From: Styela clava
Lineage: Eukaryota
DNA length: 64,000 bases
Assembly (NCBI RefSeq): GCF_964204865.1
Contig: NC_135257.1
Coordinates: 5,580,001 to 5,644,000 of the forward strand
Reading direction: 5' to 3'
Position numbers and translations under genes: made by a program. Below the pieces are notes generated by a model. It did no database searches and was not told the DNA's origin. It saw only the letters and a list, made by a program, of their open reading frames with translations. Of this stretch, positions 34,501 through 47,400 are shown piece after piece. The first letter of the stretch is position 1. Every line of letters begins with the position of its first letter.

Positions 34501-37500
34501 GGAAAATCAGAATAAAATGGCCTAACCCTAACCAGGTACACATACTACGGGAATACCGAATGATGTTATGAATTGTGTTTTATGCAATGAGTTTTTATGA
34601 TGACAGAACAGAACTGATAAAATCTCTTAAAAAAACGAACCACTTGACCCACCAACAAAAACCCTTCACTATGTGAGTATTTTAATATATAACACTTTCT
34701 CCAAGTAGTATATAATATCTGATTCCTCTACATCAAAAATTTTCAATCACCTTCAAAATTTTGTAATGCTTCTCACAAACATACAAACACATATAGGCCT
34801 ATATTCGTGCATGATACCACACTAATGAAAATAAACTCATGCAAATGACACTTCCTCAAATAAAAACATACCGAAGCATCTTCCGATCCTGATGCAAAAG
34901 CTTCACCACTTGGAAACCATCTGAGAAAATCAAGAAATAATCACAGAATTATAAAATGAAGGATCTGAACACTGGTGGTATTATGTAGCAAAAATATAAT
35001 TTACAAATTCTATCTTTATATTCTAAAATCTATCTAACACACATTTCAAAATGTTGGTACTCCCGAAGTATGTGAACCAAGCTGGCAGACACCGGAACGT
35101 GGTAAGTGTACCAGGCTGGGGTTAGGCCATAATTTTATTCCAATTTTCTATATTTTAGTTTTATTACGAGTTCGGGGACTAGCCAAGAGACTCTCGTAGT
35201 ATTTGTATCTGAAATTATGGCCCAACCCTAACCTGGTACAAATACTACGTTCCCAGTGTCCGTCATATAGGTTCACATACTTCGGGAGTACCCAAAATTT
35301 ATTGTGACGAATAAGCAAATGAGTTTGCATTTGTTTTCATTGCAAAGGACTAACTAAAGAGAAAAAAGTAACAAACCTGACTGTATTGATATCAGATTCA
35401 TGAGTGCTGAATCGTTGAACACATTGCGCTATTCTCATGTCCCATACACAAGCTGTATTGTCACATCCCTGCATTGAAATAAAACAGAATTAAATAAATT
35501 TCTTTTTTTATAAGAAAATATTCTCAACAAAGGCGATACACACTCTCTCTGATATAAAGATCTCAGAAGTTCACTGAAGGGCGCTCCAGAAGTATGTGCA
35601 CCAAGATGGCTGACACCGAAACGTAGTATGTTTACCAGGTTAGGGTTAGGCCATAATTTTAATCCAATTTTTCTTATTTCAGTTTCTATTATGAGTCCTG
35701 TAGTGTTTGTATCTGAAATTATGGCCTAACCCTAACCTGGTACACATACTATGTTCCTGGTCCGCCATCTTGGTTCACATACTACAGAGTACCCACTAAA
35801 GTGCCTTGGACTACTGATACTATAAAGCACATGTACAATCCAGATAACTACATTGTTTTTCAGTGATACATAAACATTTAAATTTCATCACAAGATTGTA
35901 TCAGCATTTTCTATTGTAATGATTAATAGGTATTTCCCGAGATTGATAGAACAGTTTCCACTCAACATAGTACTTACCCCAGATATAAATAGATTTCCTG
36001 TTTCAAGGGGAGACAAAGCAGCATCCATGACATCACATTGATGTCCATGGAAACTCTGTAATAATTGACTACTTTCTACATCCCATAATGCACAAGTACT
36101 GTCTCCTGAAGCTGTTAAAATCTGTAAGTGTCAAAAAATTATTTTAAGATAAAAAATTTTGATCATCGACTGAGTATATCATCCATGATGAATCAGTATA
36201 TCAGAACATTTACTATCAAGTAATTGAGTTGACTGTAATCGGTTGTAATATATTTTTATTTATTTCAAATAGGTTGATATAGATAGAATTCAGTGTTTAG
36301 TCTAGCGATGGATATCTGAAAATGTAATATACAGCAAAACTACGATAGGCACCATATTTTACTTTATATTTTTTTCACTTGCTGATGGCAATCCTAAGTG
36401 AAAGACCTTATTACAATATACACATTCTTGAGAAGATCTTTTTAACATATGATCATTTTACATTTTACTATATCTGAATTTTTTGCATGTCTAAGATTGT
36501 AATGCTTATTTATTTATGTCGAAAATTTCAAATAATGAAGTTAATGTTATGAAATATATAAATACAGAGATACATCAACACCAATAAAAAATATTAGAAA
36601 ATTTTTGTAAATGCATAAATACTTATAGAACGTTATCGATTTACTTGCTATCTTATGAAATCTCAAACTAACTAACTGACCCTCTTAGTGGGCCACGAAC
36701 GGCCTTCACTAGGTACCATTTGCGATAACTACATTAATATACAGTAGAATGACTGTAATTCTTTGACTGTAATGCATTATTTTTATGTTTTGGTTTGTCA
36801 ACTTTATTAGTATTAAAGAGGCCCATAAAATAACCGATGGAAACTGATATTAAAAGCAAAGCAGGTATTTTTATTTAACAGCAGGGGACCACAATTGTTG
36901 AGCCTTTAGAGGGCGGCCATAGATCATGAAAGTTTGAGAACCACTGGCCTTCACCTTATCATTCTAATATTATATATCAAAAGTTGCATTCTTGGATAAC
37001 TATCAAAAAATATAGAAAATAACCTGATGATCAGATTGTGTGAATGAGCATGATGAAATATAGCTTGTATGCATTGCCACCACTTTTCTTTGTTGTGATT
37101 GTGTGTTGGACCCTGCTTCTGGTGTACTGTTTGTTGAAGTTGGTTTGATTGCACCAGGATTGGTAGATGATGCAACTGAAGGATTACTTGCGGGTGATGA
37201 ACCGATACGGAACACTGAGCATTTATTATCAAGACCACTAAAATACAATAAAGCAAAGTGTGAAAATATGGACACAAAAGTTCAATATTAACAGCAGTAT
37301 CACCAGCTTAGGGAGACTCGCACAGAAATATGGCTTGGCACAGATTTTTCAAACTAAAAAAAGGGAACAGCCGTGACGTGACATAGGTCCGCAAATACAG
37401 GGCCGCGACCCAAATTTGTACTACAACTTTGTGAACCTCTGGCACCCCTGACATAGGAGGCCATGGTTGGCAGAATAAAAACAGTAATAAAATATAACAG

Positions 37501-40500
37501 TGAAAATTAGTGTGAAATATCAAATTTCATATGACAAAAAAATAGCCTGTTGGCAAATTTTTCGAGAACAAAAATTTGAAATCGATCAGTCTGTAAGAAA
37601 AGGGCCATAATAATCCATATGGCCACTTTTTCACCAATAAACAAATACCAAGCAAATCAAAAATATTTCTTCATGGGTATACTATAGTAATGACATTCAA
37701 GATATAAAGAGGTAAATATATATTAAAAGTTACTATCTGATATCAGCAAACCCAGTCTAGAGAATGATATGTATTATGTTTCCTTGTGAGAAAAAATTTA
37801 AAAGTAGTTAAAATCAAACCAGTAGTTTTTTGCTACTTCAGTGAACTCATCATGAGTAATTTTGAACTTTTTAATAATAATACATTATAGGTAGCACTGC
37901 CTGCAATATTAGCTGTTTCATTATTTTTTACAAAGTGAACAATATTTCTGTTACAAAAAGCCAAAGAAACCAGCAAAAAAAGTTCAGGGCTAAAGTCCAA
38001 TAAGTAAATACATGGAACTACCCAGCAAAAATAAAGGATAGATAGGAAATAAAAACATCAAATGATTCCCTCTCAAAGACTTACCCGCATGCAATCAAGC
38101 GTCCGGATGGAGCATATGCACAAGAATTCACCCATGTTGTCGGCAAACTAATGGTATGTTCCTGTATAGACATAGGAATTAGCATTTTTTCAAACAGGGG
38201 TATAAATGACAACAAAACTCAATGGACAAAATAACAAGAATTTTATATAATAAACACTTACCTTTGTTGATGTAAAAGCATCCCACACTATCACTTTACC
38301 ATCCTGAAAAATAAAGAAGAGATCATAATCATATTACTGTTTATTAAACATAAAAATAATTGATGCAATTGAACGAAAACTAGCTTCTTAGCCAGTCTGT
38401 ATTCATAATTTATCAACATACATAAAACAAGACACAATATAAGCTGAAGTAAATCTTTTTAAGTTGTATATTCAATCTACTTGATCAAGTGCCTTGACAA
38501 TAAAATAATTTACATGCATCCAGACCAAAAATCAATAAAGGATGACAACATTGAGCTTATTAGGATGAAACTACTTCATCTGGGAAAACCTTATAGACAG
38601 GGATGAATCTACCAGAATAAACCAGAATTATCAATACAAATTTTATGAAAGCTGGGTTGAACTTGAGTCGATAATAGTGGACTATATGAACTAAATAGCT
38701 ACACCAAACAAAAACATAATGTATATTCAATGTCAAAAGTTTATTACTCAAAAATTTAATAACAGGATACCTGTGAGGAACTGACAATTCTTCTTCTGTC
38801 TTGTGACCAATCTATATTAAGAACTTTACTTGTGTGACCTTTGAGTAACTTCCTAGTACGAAGTTGCAATGTAGATACCTGCTTCACTTTATTTCCCATA
38901 GAAAACACTGAAAAATGAGATAGACGTCACATGATGCAATAAAATCTCGCACTGTATTGATCTTCAGGTAAAGAAAAGCATATGTAAAAATCAGGACTAT
39001 GAATGGTGTCAGAATAAAATTAAAATAAAAGGCCTCATAAAACACATTGTGGGGATCACTGTCACATTTTAGAATACGCTATTTTTTCCAACCATACTTG
39101 AGTTGGTTGATTGGAAAAACAAAGTTAATTTAAATTTTCAAAAATACTCAACTTCAATTTAAAGAAATGACTTACTATCAAATGCAATATCAAGATGTAA
39201 ATTCAAAACAAAAAGTTTTCAAAAGTTAAGAAAACCATGTTTTTTGTTTTGAATATTGAATAGAGTAAGATTATGAAAAACATGGTGCTGTTTATGGTGC
39301 AAAGGCGTTGAAAACAGGAAAAAAATAAGTTTCATAACTTAATCCAGGTCTAGGAAGGATTTACATATATATCCCGAGGGAGAGGAACGCCGATAAGACA
39401 GCTTAACCATATGGCGAACCACAGCCTCTCGTCCAGTCCAGGTCGGGTATGGGATTAGTTAGCCAGTTATTTGTTTTCGGAAGCATGGACTTGACGATGG
39501 AGGAAGTCGTAACCACCCTACAGCCCTACGGTGGCGAGGAGTCCGGCAATCCTCTCGCACATGATCATCCCCGCATGGGATTCAAACATGCAAACCCACG
39601 AAGGGTAATCAGAGATGCGGTGGCGAGCGTATTCCTAACACTTAGCACGATGCGCCACATCGCGGAGTAAATGGATAAATCACCAGATCTTATTATTGAA
39701 TGTATAGGATAGGATTTACATATTTATCCCGGGGGAGAGGAAAGCCGATAAGACGGCCTATCCATATGGCAAACCACGGCCTTTCGTCCGGTTACCATTC
39801 CGAGTCGGGTATGGGATTAGGGTGGTGTAGCCAGTCTGCGGACGATTTCATTCAAACCGCTATAAAACAAAAACCAATATTTCTAACCCGTTAATTTTTC
39901 CACCGTAGGTGCATTGGCATTTATTCTACACGCTGAACTTCGAATTAACTTTCTACGACCAGGGGTTAAAGCTATACAAACCACCAAAGTACGACACTCT
40001 GAAGAAGTATTTGCGACCGAACGACCAGTATGCGATCACGGATTTCAAGCCTTGAACATCGTTTCTGCTGCGTCGAGACTAGGGCATACGCAGCCATGCG
40101 TGAAAAAATGGGCTTCTAATTGCATTTCTGACCGTCATATATTTTAAGAACACGGTTATTTCAAACAAAATTCTTCAAATTATAAACAAAGCACCGCAGC
40201 AATCAAACAGACAAAAACACGGTGGTCGCAAATTAGTTGACAAAGATTTTATTGACGTATTGGAAATGCGCACCCCCCTACTCCCCCTCCTTTGAAGGTA
40301 GAAACGCGAAACTTTAAAGATGGTTAAAAGAAACACAACTCTACCCACCTGCCAAGTTTCATCTCTTTATCTCTTATATTTGTATGGATTTTCAAGCTTC
40401 TTTGAGGGAACAATGGGTAGTTGGCGACATGGTAAAATGGTCCGTTTTTTCTCTTCGGTCGTAACTTTTTTATTTGTGGCCGCATTTTAGTGTAATTTCG

Positions 40501-41134
40501 CGGAGCTACGAGGGATAAGTGGACGATAACGCGTGAGAAATATCGTCGCGGTTCGTTAATTTTTTCGGCATTAATTTAATCGATGAAGTTGATGGTCGCA
40601 GATAGGTCATGGCCGCAAAGTGGGTAAGCCACCCTAGTTATATTGTTTTGTTTTCGGAAGCATGGACTTGGTGGTGGAGGAAGCCGTAACCGACCAGCGG
40701 TTACGTGAACCTCCCTCCCTGTCCAGCAATCCTCTCGCACATAATCATCCCTGCATGAGATTCAAACCTGCGAACCCACGCAGAGTAATTAGAGGTGCGG
40801 TGGCGAGCGTATTCCTAACGCTTAGCCCGTTGAGCCACACCGCCGCGCCTCAACGAATATTCTAGAGCAAGAGATTGACTTCAGCTGTTACACTTTCCAG
40901 CTATCGGTACAAATTTTATGTTACAGCTACGTGCGTAAGGATGCAATACAAATTTATTTTAGTTACCGTACAGTTTTAGGTACAATAATTCCTGAATTAG
41001 GTGTCATACTAACGGTTAGCATCGTCAAGCTTTCTTCTGTCTTCCTTGAGTTTTTGGCGAAGTTGTTGAGCTTCCTTTTTCAAGTTCTCGATCATTTCCT
41101 TCTTATTTTTATCCGACATTAAAATTCCAGCCAT
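31554..41134 (-). CDS. GNB5: Guanine nucleotide-binding protein subunit beta-5, 383 aa, 11 coding exons
   Basis: Exons 41134(or 41119)-41014, 38907-38771, 38303-38262, 38161-38085, 37237-37024, 36121-35978, 35468-35377, 34920-34872, 32924-32828, 32366-32200 and 31565-31554 total 1152 nt in frame. Beta-5-type strings: [68 protein letters not shown]. Confidence 0.95.
34395..34558. mobile_element. MITE, GGGTACTCC family
   Basis: GGGTACTCCAGAAGTATGTGTACC...CCTAACCCTAACCAGGTACACATACTACGGGAATACC. Confidence 0.75.
35056..35293. mobile_element. Palindromic MITE, GGGTACTCC family
   Basis: Arms GGTACTCCCGAAGTATGTGAACC...GGTTAGGCCATAATT and AATTATGGCCCAACCCTAACC...GGTTCACATACTTCGGGAGTACCC. Confidence 0.85.
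35579..35794. mobile_element. Palindromic MITE, GGGTACTCC family (~80-bp TIRs containing GGTTAGGGTTAGG)
   Basis: Long inverted arms. Further partial copies lie at 16431-16500 and 61808-62001. Confidence 0.85.
39351..39664 (-). mobile_element. tRNA-derived SINE, near full length
   Basis: Minus-strand head GTGGCGCATCGTGCTAAG (A-box-like)...GTTTGAATCCC (B-box-like) and tail GGGATATATATGTAAATCCT. Other fragments lie at ~30135-30222, ~48715-48785 and ~59780-59980. Confidence 0.8.
39704..40846 (-). mobile_element. tRNA-derived SINE split by an 815-bp DNA-transposon insertion
   Basis: 39704-39819 plus 40635-40846 together align to 39351-39664. Head GGCGGTGTGGCTCAACGGGCTAAGCG...GGTTCGCAGGTTTGAATC, tail (ATCCT)2. 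Confidence 0.85.
39820..40634. mobile_element. Non-autonomous DNA transposon, GGGTGG...CCACCC termini, TA TSD
   Basis: Imperfect 24-bp TIR (18/24: GGGTGGTGTAGCCAGTCTGCGGAC vs GGGTGGCTTACCCACTTTGCGGCC). Removing it plus one TA restores the SINE sequence GGGATTAGTTA seen in the neighbouring copy. Confidence 0.8.
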
Positions 41135-41232
41135 CCTAGGACTCGCCCATTTCCAAACCTCTGGCTGCTTTCCTGGAATATCAACAAAATTCACAGCAGC
41201 AGCAACTTTGGCTTCCCACCACACGAGGGCGC

Positions 41233-41866
41233 AAATTCGTTATTGATTTTTTTATACGGCTTTTAACCGTAAATAAATACTAATATGCTTTAACCTGATA
41301 TCTTCGAATTTGTGTGATTTTCGCAGTGTACCAGTTAGAAACATTTATCATCTTTTTTTCTGAATGTAATTGTTTTTCAATATTACTGGAGGAACTGATT
41401 CAGTATTTGTTTAAAAAAAGTGGAAGCGCCTGCACCGAGCTGGGGTGTTTCATTATTGATTCTTCATTCGAACCGTATCATATATGGCCCAACTCAATAC
41501 CTTCGAATTTGTGTGATTTTCTCAATGTATCAGTTAGGAACATTCATCATCTTTTCTTAGAATGTAATCACTCATCATTATTATCGGAGACCCGGATTAA
41601 GAAGTTGCTTACAAAAATGGAAACCGCTCAACCAAGCTGGTGTAATTCGTTATTGATTCTTTTTCGAACCTTATAATATATGGTTCTAACCTGAAAAAAT
41701 TAGCTTTGTTTTCATATTTTCAACATGAAATGGGGTACATTTGGGGGTTAATTGCTATACCATCATATTTTCCCTGAATGTAATTGCTCATCAATACCAT
41801 TGGAGGAACTGAATCAGCCGTCGTCTACAAAAAGTGAAAGTACCTGCACCAAGCAAGAGTGTTTCA
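41233..41866. repeat. Diverged tandem repeat, period ~199 bp, ~3 copies, directly upstream of GNB5
   Basis: CTTCGAATTTGTGTGATTTTC at 41302 and 41501. CTGAATGTAATTG...GGAGGAACTGA...CCTGCACC recurs at ~41774-41850. Confidence 0.8.
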
Positions 41867-42749
41867 ACCTATGGACCTTTCCCCGACCTTTGACCCCCGA
41901 AAAATTCTTCCTATACTTTACCATTGCAAAATTTTTCGGGGCTATTTTAAGAGTGCTTTTGCGAGTTGGCGCCTGTGAAATGAGGTATATGTTTCAAACT
42001 ATCATTATGATTCAAGGCATACAACAATCTGTTTTTTCAAAAAGTACCGTTAAAGAATTTTAGCCTAGTCTATCACAGCTATTTCTACACTAATTTTCAT
42101 TACTGCAATTAAATTAAAACCACCAGGAAGACAGGGTGACCATTAAATTATTTGATTTACATTTAATTTTACAAAACACAACTGAAAACTAACGAATAGA
42201 GTTCAAAAATGCGAAAACGAGATAATGTTTACGACCACGCTTAAAAATCTGTCTGAGTGAGAAAGTGTCTGAGCGGATGCGAAAAGGAGCATTGTTACAT
42301 CACTTTTTGCAATTTGCTGATTGGCCAATGTCACGAAGTAAACAAGGAAGTCGATGCTCGGGGAAAGGTCCATTGTCTTGCTTGTTGGCTGGTTTTATTT
42401 ATTTAAAAGTATAAAAGCCATTTTCCGAATGCTATTTAAAATTAATCGGCACTATCGAAGAGAAGAACAAGAATTGGTATTGTAAAATAGAAAATACTGA
42501 AACATAACAAACAAATGGAGAATTCTTGTGATCGTTCGGCAATATTCACGAGCCTGGATAGTTTCTCAGTCGCTCGACTGCAAGATATATGAAGCGTAAT
42601 TCAGACCTATGTAGGTCTTTTACTGAAACCGATTCCATTATTAAATGTCATTTTTGTGACAAAACTTTCGTTGTTCGATGTGCAACTTCTAGCTTTAGAT
42701 ATCATAAAGAAAAACAGCATTGTAATTTTGTTTTTGATAAATGAAAATA

Positions 42750-42838
42750 TAAGACATCCCCCGAAAATAAGCCCTAGTGTTATTTTTCGGAAGAAAATTG
42801 AAATATTACCCCGTCTTATTTTCGGGGGAACACGGTAG
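42750..42838 (-). mobile_element. pogo/Tigger-like MITE end (TA-CCGTGTTCCCCCGAAAATAAGAC)
   Basis: GTCTTATTTTCGGGGGAACACGGTA. A related end, TACCTTGTTTCCCCGAAAATAAGAC, is at ~13252. Partner ends not found. Confidence 0.5.
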
Positions 42839-43353
42839 CTCTATCGGTTCCGTACGATGTGATACTAGTGTAAAAGCAGAGAGTGTATTCAACACGACCG
42901 GGAATATTATTGCAGTAACTCGAGAGTGTTCGTCACTACTTCCCGAAAACGTCGATACTCTAATATTAAGTCGACAGAATTCACATCTGTTGAATGACTT
43001 GAATATAGACGCTCTTACAATATACCATGAACAATATATTCTGACCGGGAACTGAATGTGGACGTATCGTTGTCCAATTCCATAATCAGCAATATTTGTC
43101 CTATAATTGTTTTTTACATTTTTGGTGTGTACCAACACAGGTAATAATATTCAACGTAATAGGAGATAAATTTGCGATGAACTATCCGTTTTTTGAAGAA
43201 ATTATACAGTATCGGGATGATTGCTACCAGAGGTGTCAGATGCTCATCATAAGTCGTAACCGTTAACTGTCTGACATCGGTTTACTGATTAACCCTGCCC
43301 ATCCTACTAATTACACATCACATCGTTTGCCAAGGCAAAGGTCCCTGTCGGTA

Positions 43354-43908
43354 AAAATGGATGATTCAGGTATGTGAAAAATAAATTTTCTCTACATATT
43401 CATCTCACCATGGACTGAATTATTGCATCATTATGGCGTAATTCAAATGGCTTAGTAAGGACTATATTATTTCATTATAATTGGTTTTCCGGGAGTTTCA
43501 ATAGTCACTGAAACTAGAGTAGATGTTGCGTCTCCGAGTAGGTTGTTTGATGGAAAGTATGCCAAATGGATCTTTCAATGCTAATGGACAGGTACTTTAC
43601 GCCTGTATTATGGACTCTTTTTACAGTCGGAGGTTTGGCGTAAAAATGGATTCCATCGGGGTGATTCAAGTCGGTGAAAAAGAATTTTTCTTTTCATCTC
43701 ACCATGGACTGAATTATTGCATCATTTGTAGTTCTTATGGCTTAGTAAGAACTGGATTATCCCATTATAATTGGTTTTCCGAGAGTTTCAATAGTCACTT
43801 AAACTAGAGTAGATGTTGCGTCTCCAAGTAGGTTGTTCGATGCTAATGGACAGATACTTTATGCCTGTATTGCGGGCTCTCTTTACAGTCGGAGGTTTGG
43901 CGTAAAAT
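43354..43908. repeat. Tandem duplication, period ~294 bp, 2 copies
   Basis: CATCTCACCATGGACTGAATTATTGCATCATT...AAACTAGAGTAGATGTTGCGTCTCC...TTTACAGTCGGAGGTTTGGCGTAAAA occurs twice. Confidence 0.9.
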
Positions 43909-44469
43909 GCATATAATCCTTACATTTCCATGTACCCATGTTAACTACTGCTTGGTCTCTAAATTCACCTTTGCTGTGCGGATGGCAATACTCACAAGCC
44001 GAAGCCTGATTAAAAAGCAGAGTTTTCTCAATTGCATGCTATGTCAAAAAGAGAGATTGGCCATGTAGTACATACTTTTATATGTCTTTTGTTAATAGGG
44101 GACAAGTGAGGAGCTCAATATCATATATCAGGGGTCCCACAGGTATATAGAGGTTGAAAAGCACTGGTTTAGATTGTTCTTTCTTCTCTGTAACACACCC
44201 TGACCAAGGCAAATCATTGAAATTTGTAACAACATCATAGATCTGTAACTATGTAGAATGGAGTTAGGTCAATTCATTACATTAAGACTGCACATCTTAT
44301 AAAAAGTTTCTAGAAAATGGTCACAAAATGGATATCCAAGCAAAAAAAAAAAATTTAAATTGTAGTAGAGAATTTGTGTCAACAAGTCTGGGGAAACGAA
44401 TAACAAAGAAGAAACACAAAATAGAACAGTAAAAAAATTGCAAGAAAAATTTGCTAATTAGAAAAGTCT

Positions 44470-47400
44470 TCAATCAATTTTTCTCCTTTTTACTTCTCTT
44501 CCATCATCATTTTCACGGTCGATTTTGTCATATATGGAAGATACTTGAGGTAAATACTGAGAACTCGGTTCAGGAGGTGGATTTTTTAATAAATAATCAC
44601 CTGGAAATTGATACAGAAAAGTGGTAAGTAAAAAGTTACTTAGCAGAGTCAAGAAGACTTGATATTTTCAGCGATTCGACATCACCAACTGGTAAAAAAT
44701 AATAATAAAAAAGACAATAAAAAGAGCAGATATACTCCGAAAACTTACTGCTCTCGATTGTTAATTAAATTTTAAACTAGCTCTCGAATGATTCAACAAA
44801 GTTGACATTTTGACTATGGAAAATATTTTGTATGTTACAACTAGCTCAGAACTAGTCAGCTTCATTATTCTCTTTAAAATTATGCGCAGATTTTAATTCC
44901 TTATTACATTATCTTACCAATATATGAAGGATTACAAACATGAACTCCAGATTTTGCAACAAGTTCTTCTAAAATCCATGAGTCTAGTTGCTTTGCTTTT
45001 TCAGGATCAATAAAAGCATGGGTAATATTTCCAAGTTTTCCATGTAGTGGGAGCTGAGTTGCAATTACATCTGCAGAACCACATTTTAGAAGACGCTCAA
45101 AACCTTTCATTTGTCGATCACTGACGTGAAGTATTACCTAAACGAAAGAAAAATACTCCTGAAGTTACAAGAAGGTAGATTTTCGGTTAACACAAACCAA
45201 TTTGATTGCCGAACAACAGATTTGCTTATCAAGACTCAGTAACTATCTCTATTTTGTGAAATTAACAGTAAGAAATTACCTTCCATCCACCAAATGATCC
45301 TTTCCAAATTCCTGTTTCTTTTTCATTATGACGAAGTTTTGTTCTCCATCTGTATGGTGATAATGATATTTGACTCTGTAGTACATCAGGTTTGACCAAA
45401 TACTCGTTTGTGCTTGGATTCAATGGGTTGCCATATTCGAATTTTTCTTCCTGTAAGAAATTAGAATTTTTAAAGCATTTCTCGACTGTTGACGCAGCAT
45501 GTGCATTAATATTTTACCTGTGAACAACATAGTAAGGTTAATGACAAGATAATCCCAGTTTCAGTGTTTAGATATTTCTACTTTTAAAACCAGTTTTCAA
45601 AAAATCAATAAAGCTTCATATTTAAAAAAAAACCTCACCAAGATAAAACGATTAGCCTCCTTGCAAGCATTCAGATACTGAGCATTTACAATACATTTTC
45701 CTGATGCAAGTGCAGAAAGGAATTTTTCGCTTCGTCCTGGTTTTGTTACAAGTAAATGAGTAGCAGTGGGATCGATAGAACCTCCATCTAAGAACTCTCC
45801 ACCTGAAAGAATATCAAGAAATTAAATTTCAAACCAGCTGTCAAACCCTAGTTTGTTTAATGACAGCTTTATATCACAAATTCATTTCTGTTCTGAAAAC
45901 GAGCATACAGTGTGACCCAAAAACAGAACCCAGGTCGTTTAGATTTAGAACACTTTCTAAAGCAGGGATAGCGAAACAAAGTTACCAACCAAATCACAAA
46001 TAATGGCAAAACCCTACTGACATTTCAGTGATAAAAACTTATAATAAAAATCGGCTGCAATTCATATGCAGCAATCGGCAACATTACTGTTACAACATTT
46101 ATGACATAACAATACAGTTGGTACAATTCCCAAAACTTGCCTGGGAACAAGGTTTTCTTTCAGAGGTGCCTGATTCAAAAGGTGTCACAGAATTAGATAC
46201 TACTTTGCATTTTAATATTTCTCACATACAATGCCGTTTGGGAAACAAAATTTCATTGACTTCAACTGATGCCCACAAAAATCAGAAATAACAATGCATC
46301 AAAATGGTGGTATAATAAATGAGGTTTAAAGTCAATCGAAAAATATAAATCTCCCAGATTGAAATTCCCTTTCAAAGTTGAAAAGGATTGGCATAGTTTC
46401 ATGAATGTTTTTCGGTATGCATGCAAATCCGTGCGGCCCTGGATCCTCGTGAAAGTTTGATAACCACTGACCTAATTCCTTAATAATTTCAATGTATTTT
46501 GTTTTTTCTTGCGGGCTGACAGAAGACATGTGAAATCTCATAACTAATCCATCTTTTATAGTTTGAGGAATATCTTGGTTTTCAGTTCCCTGAATCAAAA
46601 TAAAAAATGCTCAACAACAACAAAATTAAATCCAACACATGAATGTCTCTCAAACAACAACTCATCTCTTGCCAACGAGGCTTGAATGGTTGTTCATTGT
46701 GAGACGGTGTTCTGCAGGTTCAAATCTTATTGGGATAATAATATTTAGGTAAATTGTTGGACTCACTACACTATCACAGTTCGGTTTGTGTAACTGCCGA
46801 TCAGTCAACTGGATGATTATCCTGGCATGGTTTGTAGGTTTGATTTCTTCTTATAGTATTCTTCACATAGTATAGCATAACCATATTCATTAGTCAGTGA
46901 CAAACCCCTCTATTAAGCATGCCCAATGAATTTGCAATGACTCCTGTTTGTTGTTCACTATATGCCGTCTTAATGTCTTTGCTTCCCCAAATTGAAAAAT
47001 CCCGCTCCTACTATATCGCAGGTTTATATTATGAGTTACATAGAAATATGCACCTGATCCTCGAAAACAGTCTCCTCATCATCCTTTGTCGTTTCCAAAT
47101 TGTTTATTGAAACATCAGCTGGTACCTGATTAACCAAAAAACATTCATAACATTATTACAAATTTCCATTTGCCTCCTAGTTCCTTGGAAATACTGTCAT
47201 GAATTGACTAACATTGCCGCTGCATTACATTACAATTCACAGCAAATCATTCAATTGTTACGCACTGCATACTGATTAGTACCTCACTAAAGTGAGGCAG
47301 TTGTAACATACGAGGTGGTACTGTTTAGGTTTTATTCCATTTATGGCACCGCTTGATTATTGTATGTTTCGCTGTCAACATTGTGATGCTATGGACTAGC

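Noticed and set aside
35638-35740. Interstitial telomere
   Set aside because: Only two TTAGGG-like units per arm, embedded in a MITE.
40745-40846. tRNA gene
   Set aside because: A/B-box-like motifs are present, but no acceptor stem or anticodon arm could be folded and the sequence continues into a repeated SINE body.
41135-41224. N-terminal extension of GNB5 analogous to vertebrate G-beta-5L
   Set aside because: The frame is open but begins at GTG with no ATG, clear acceptor or recognisable similarity. It is more likely 5' UTR.
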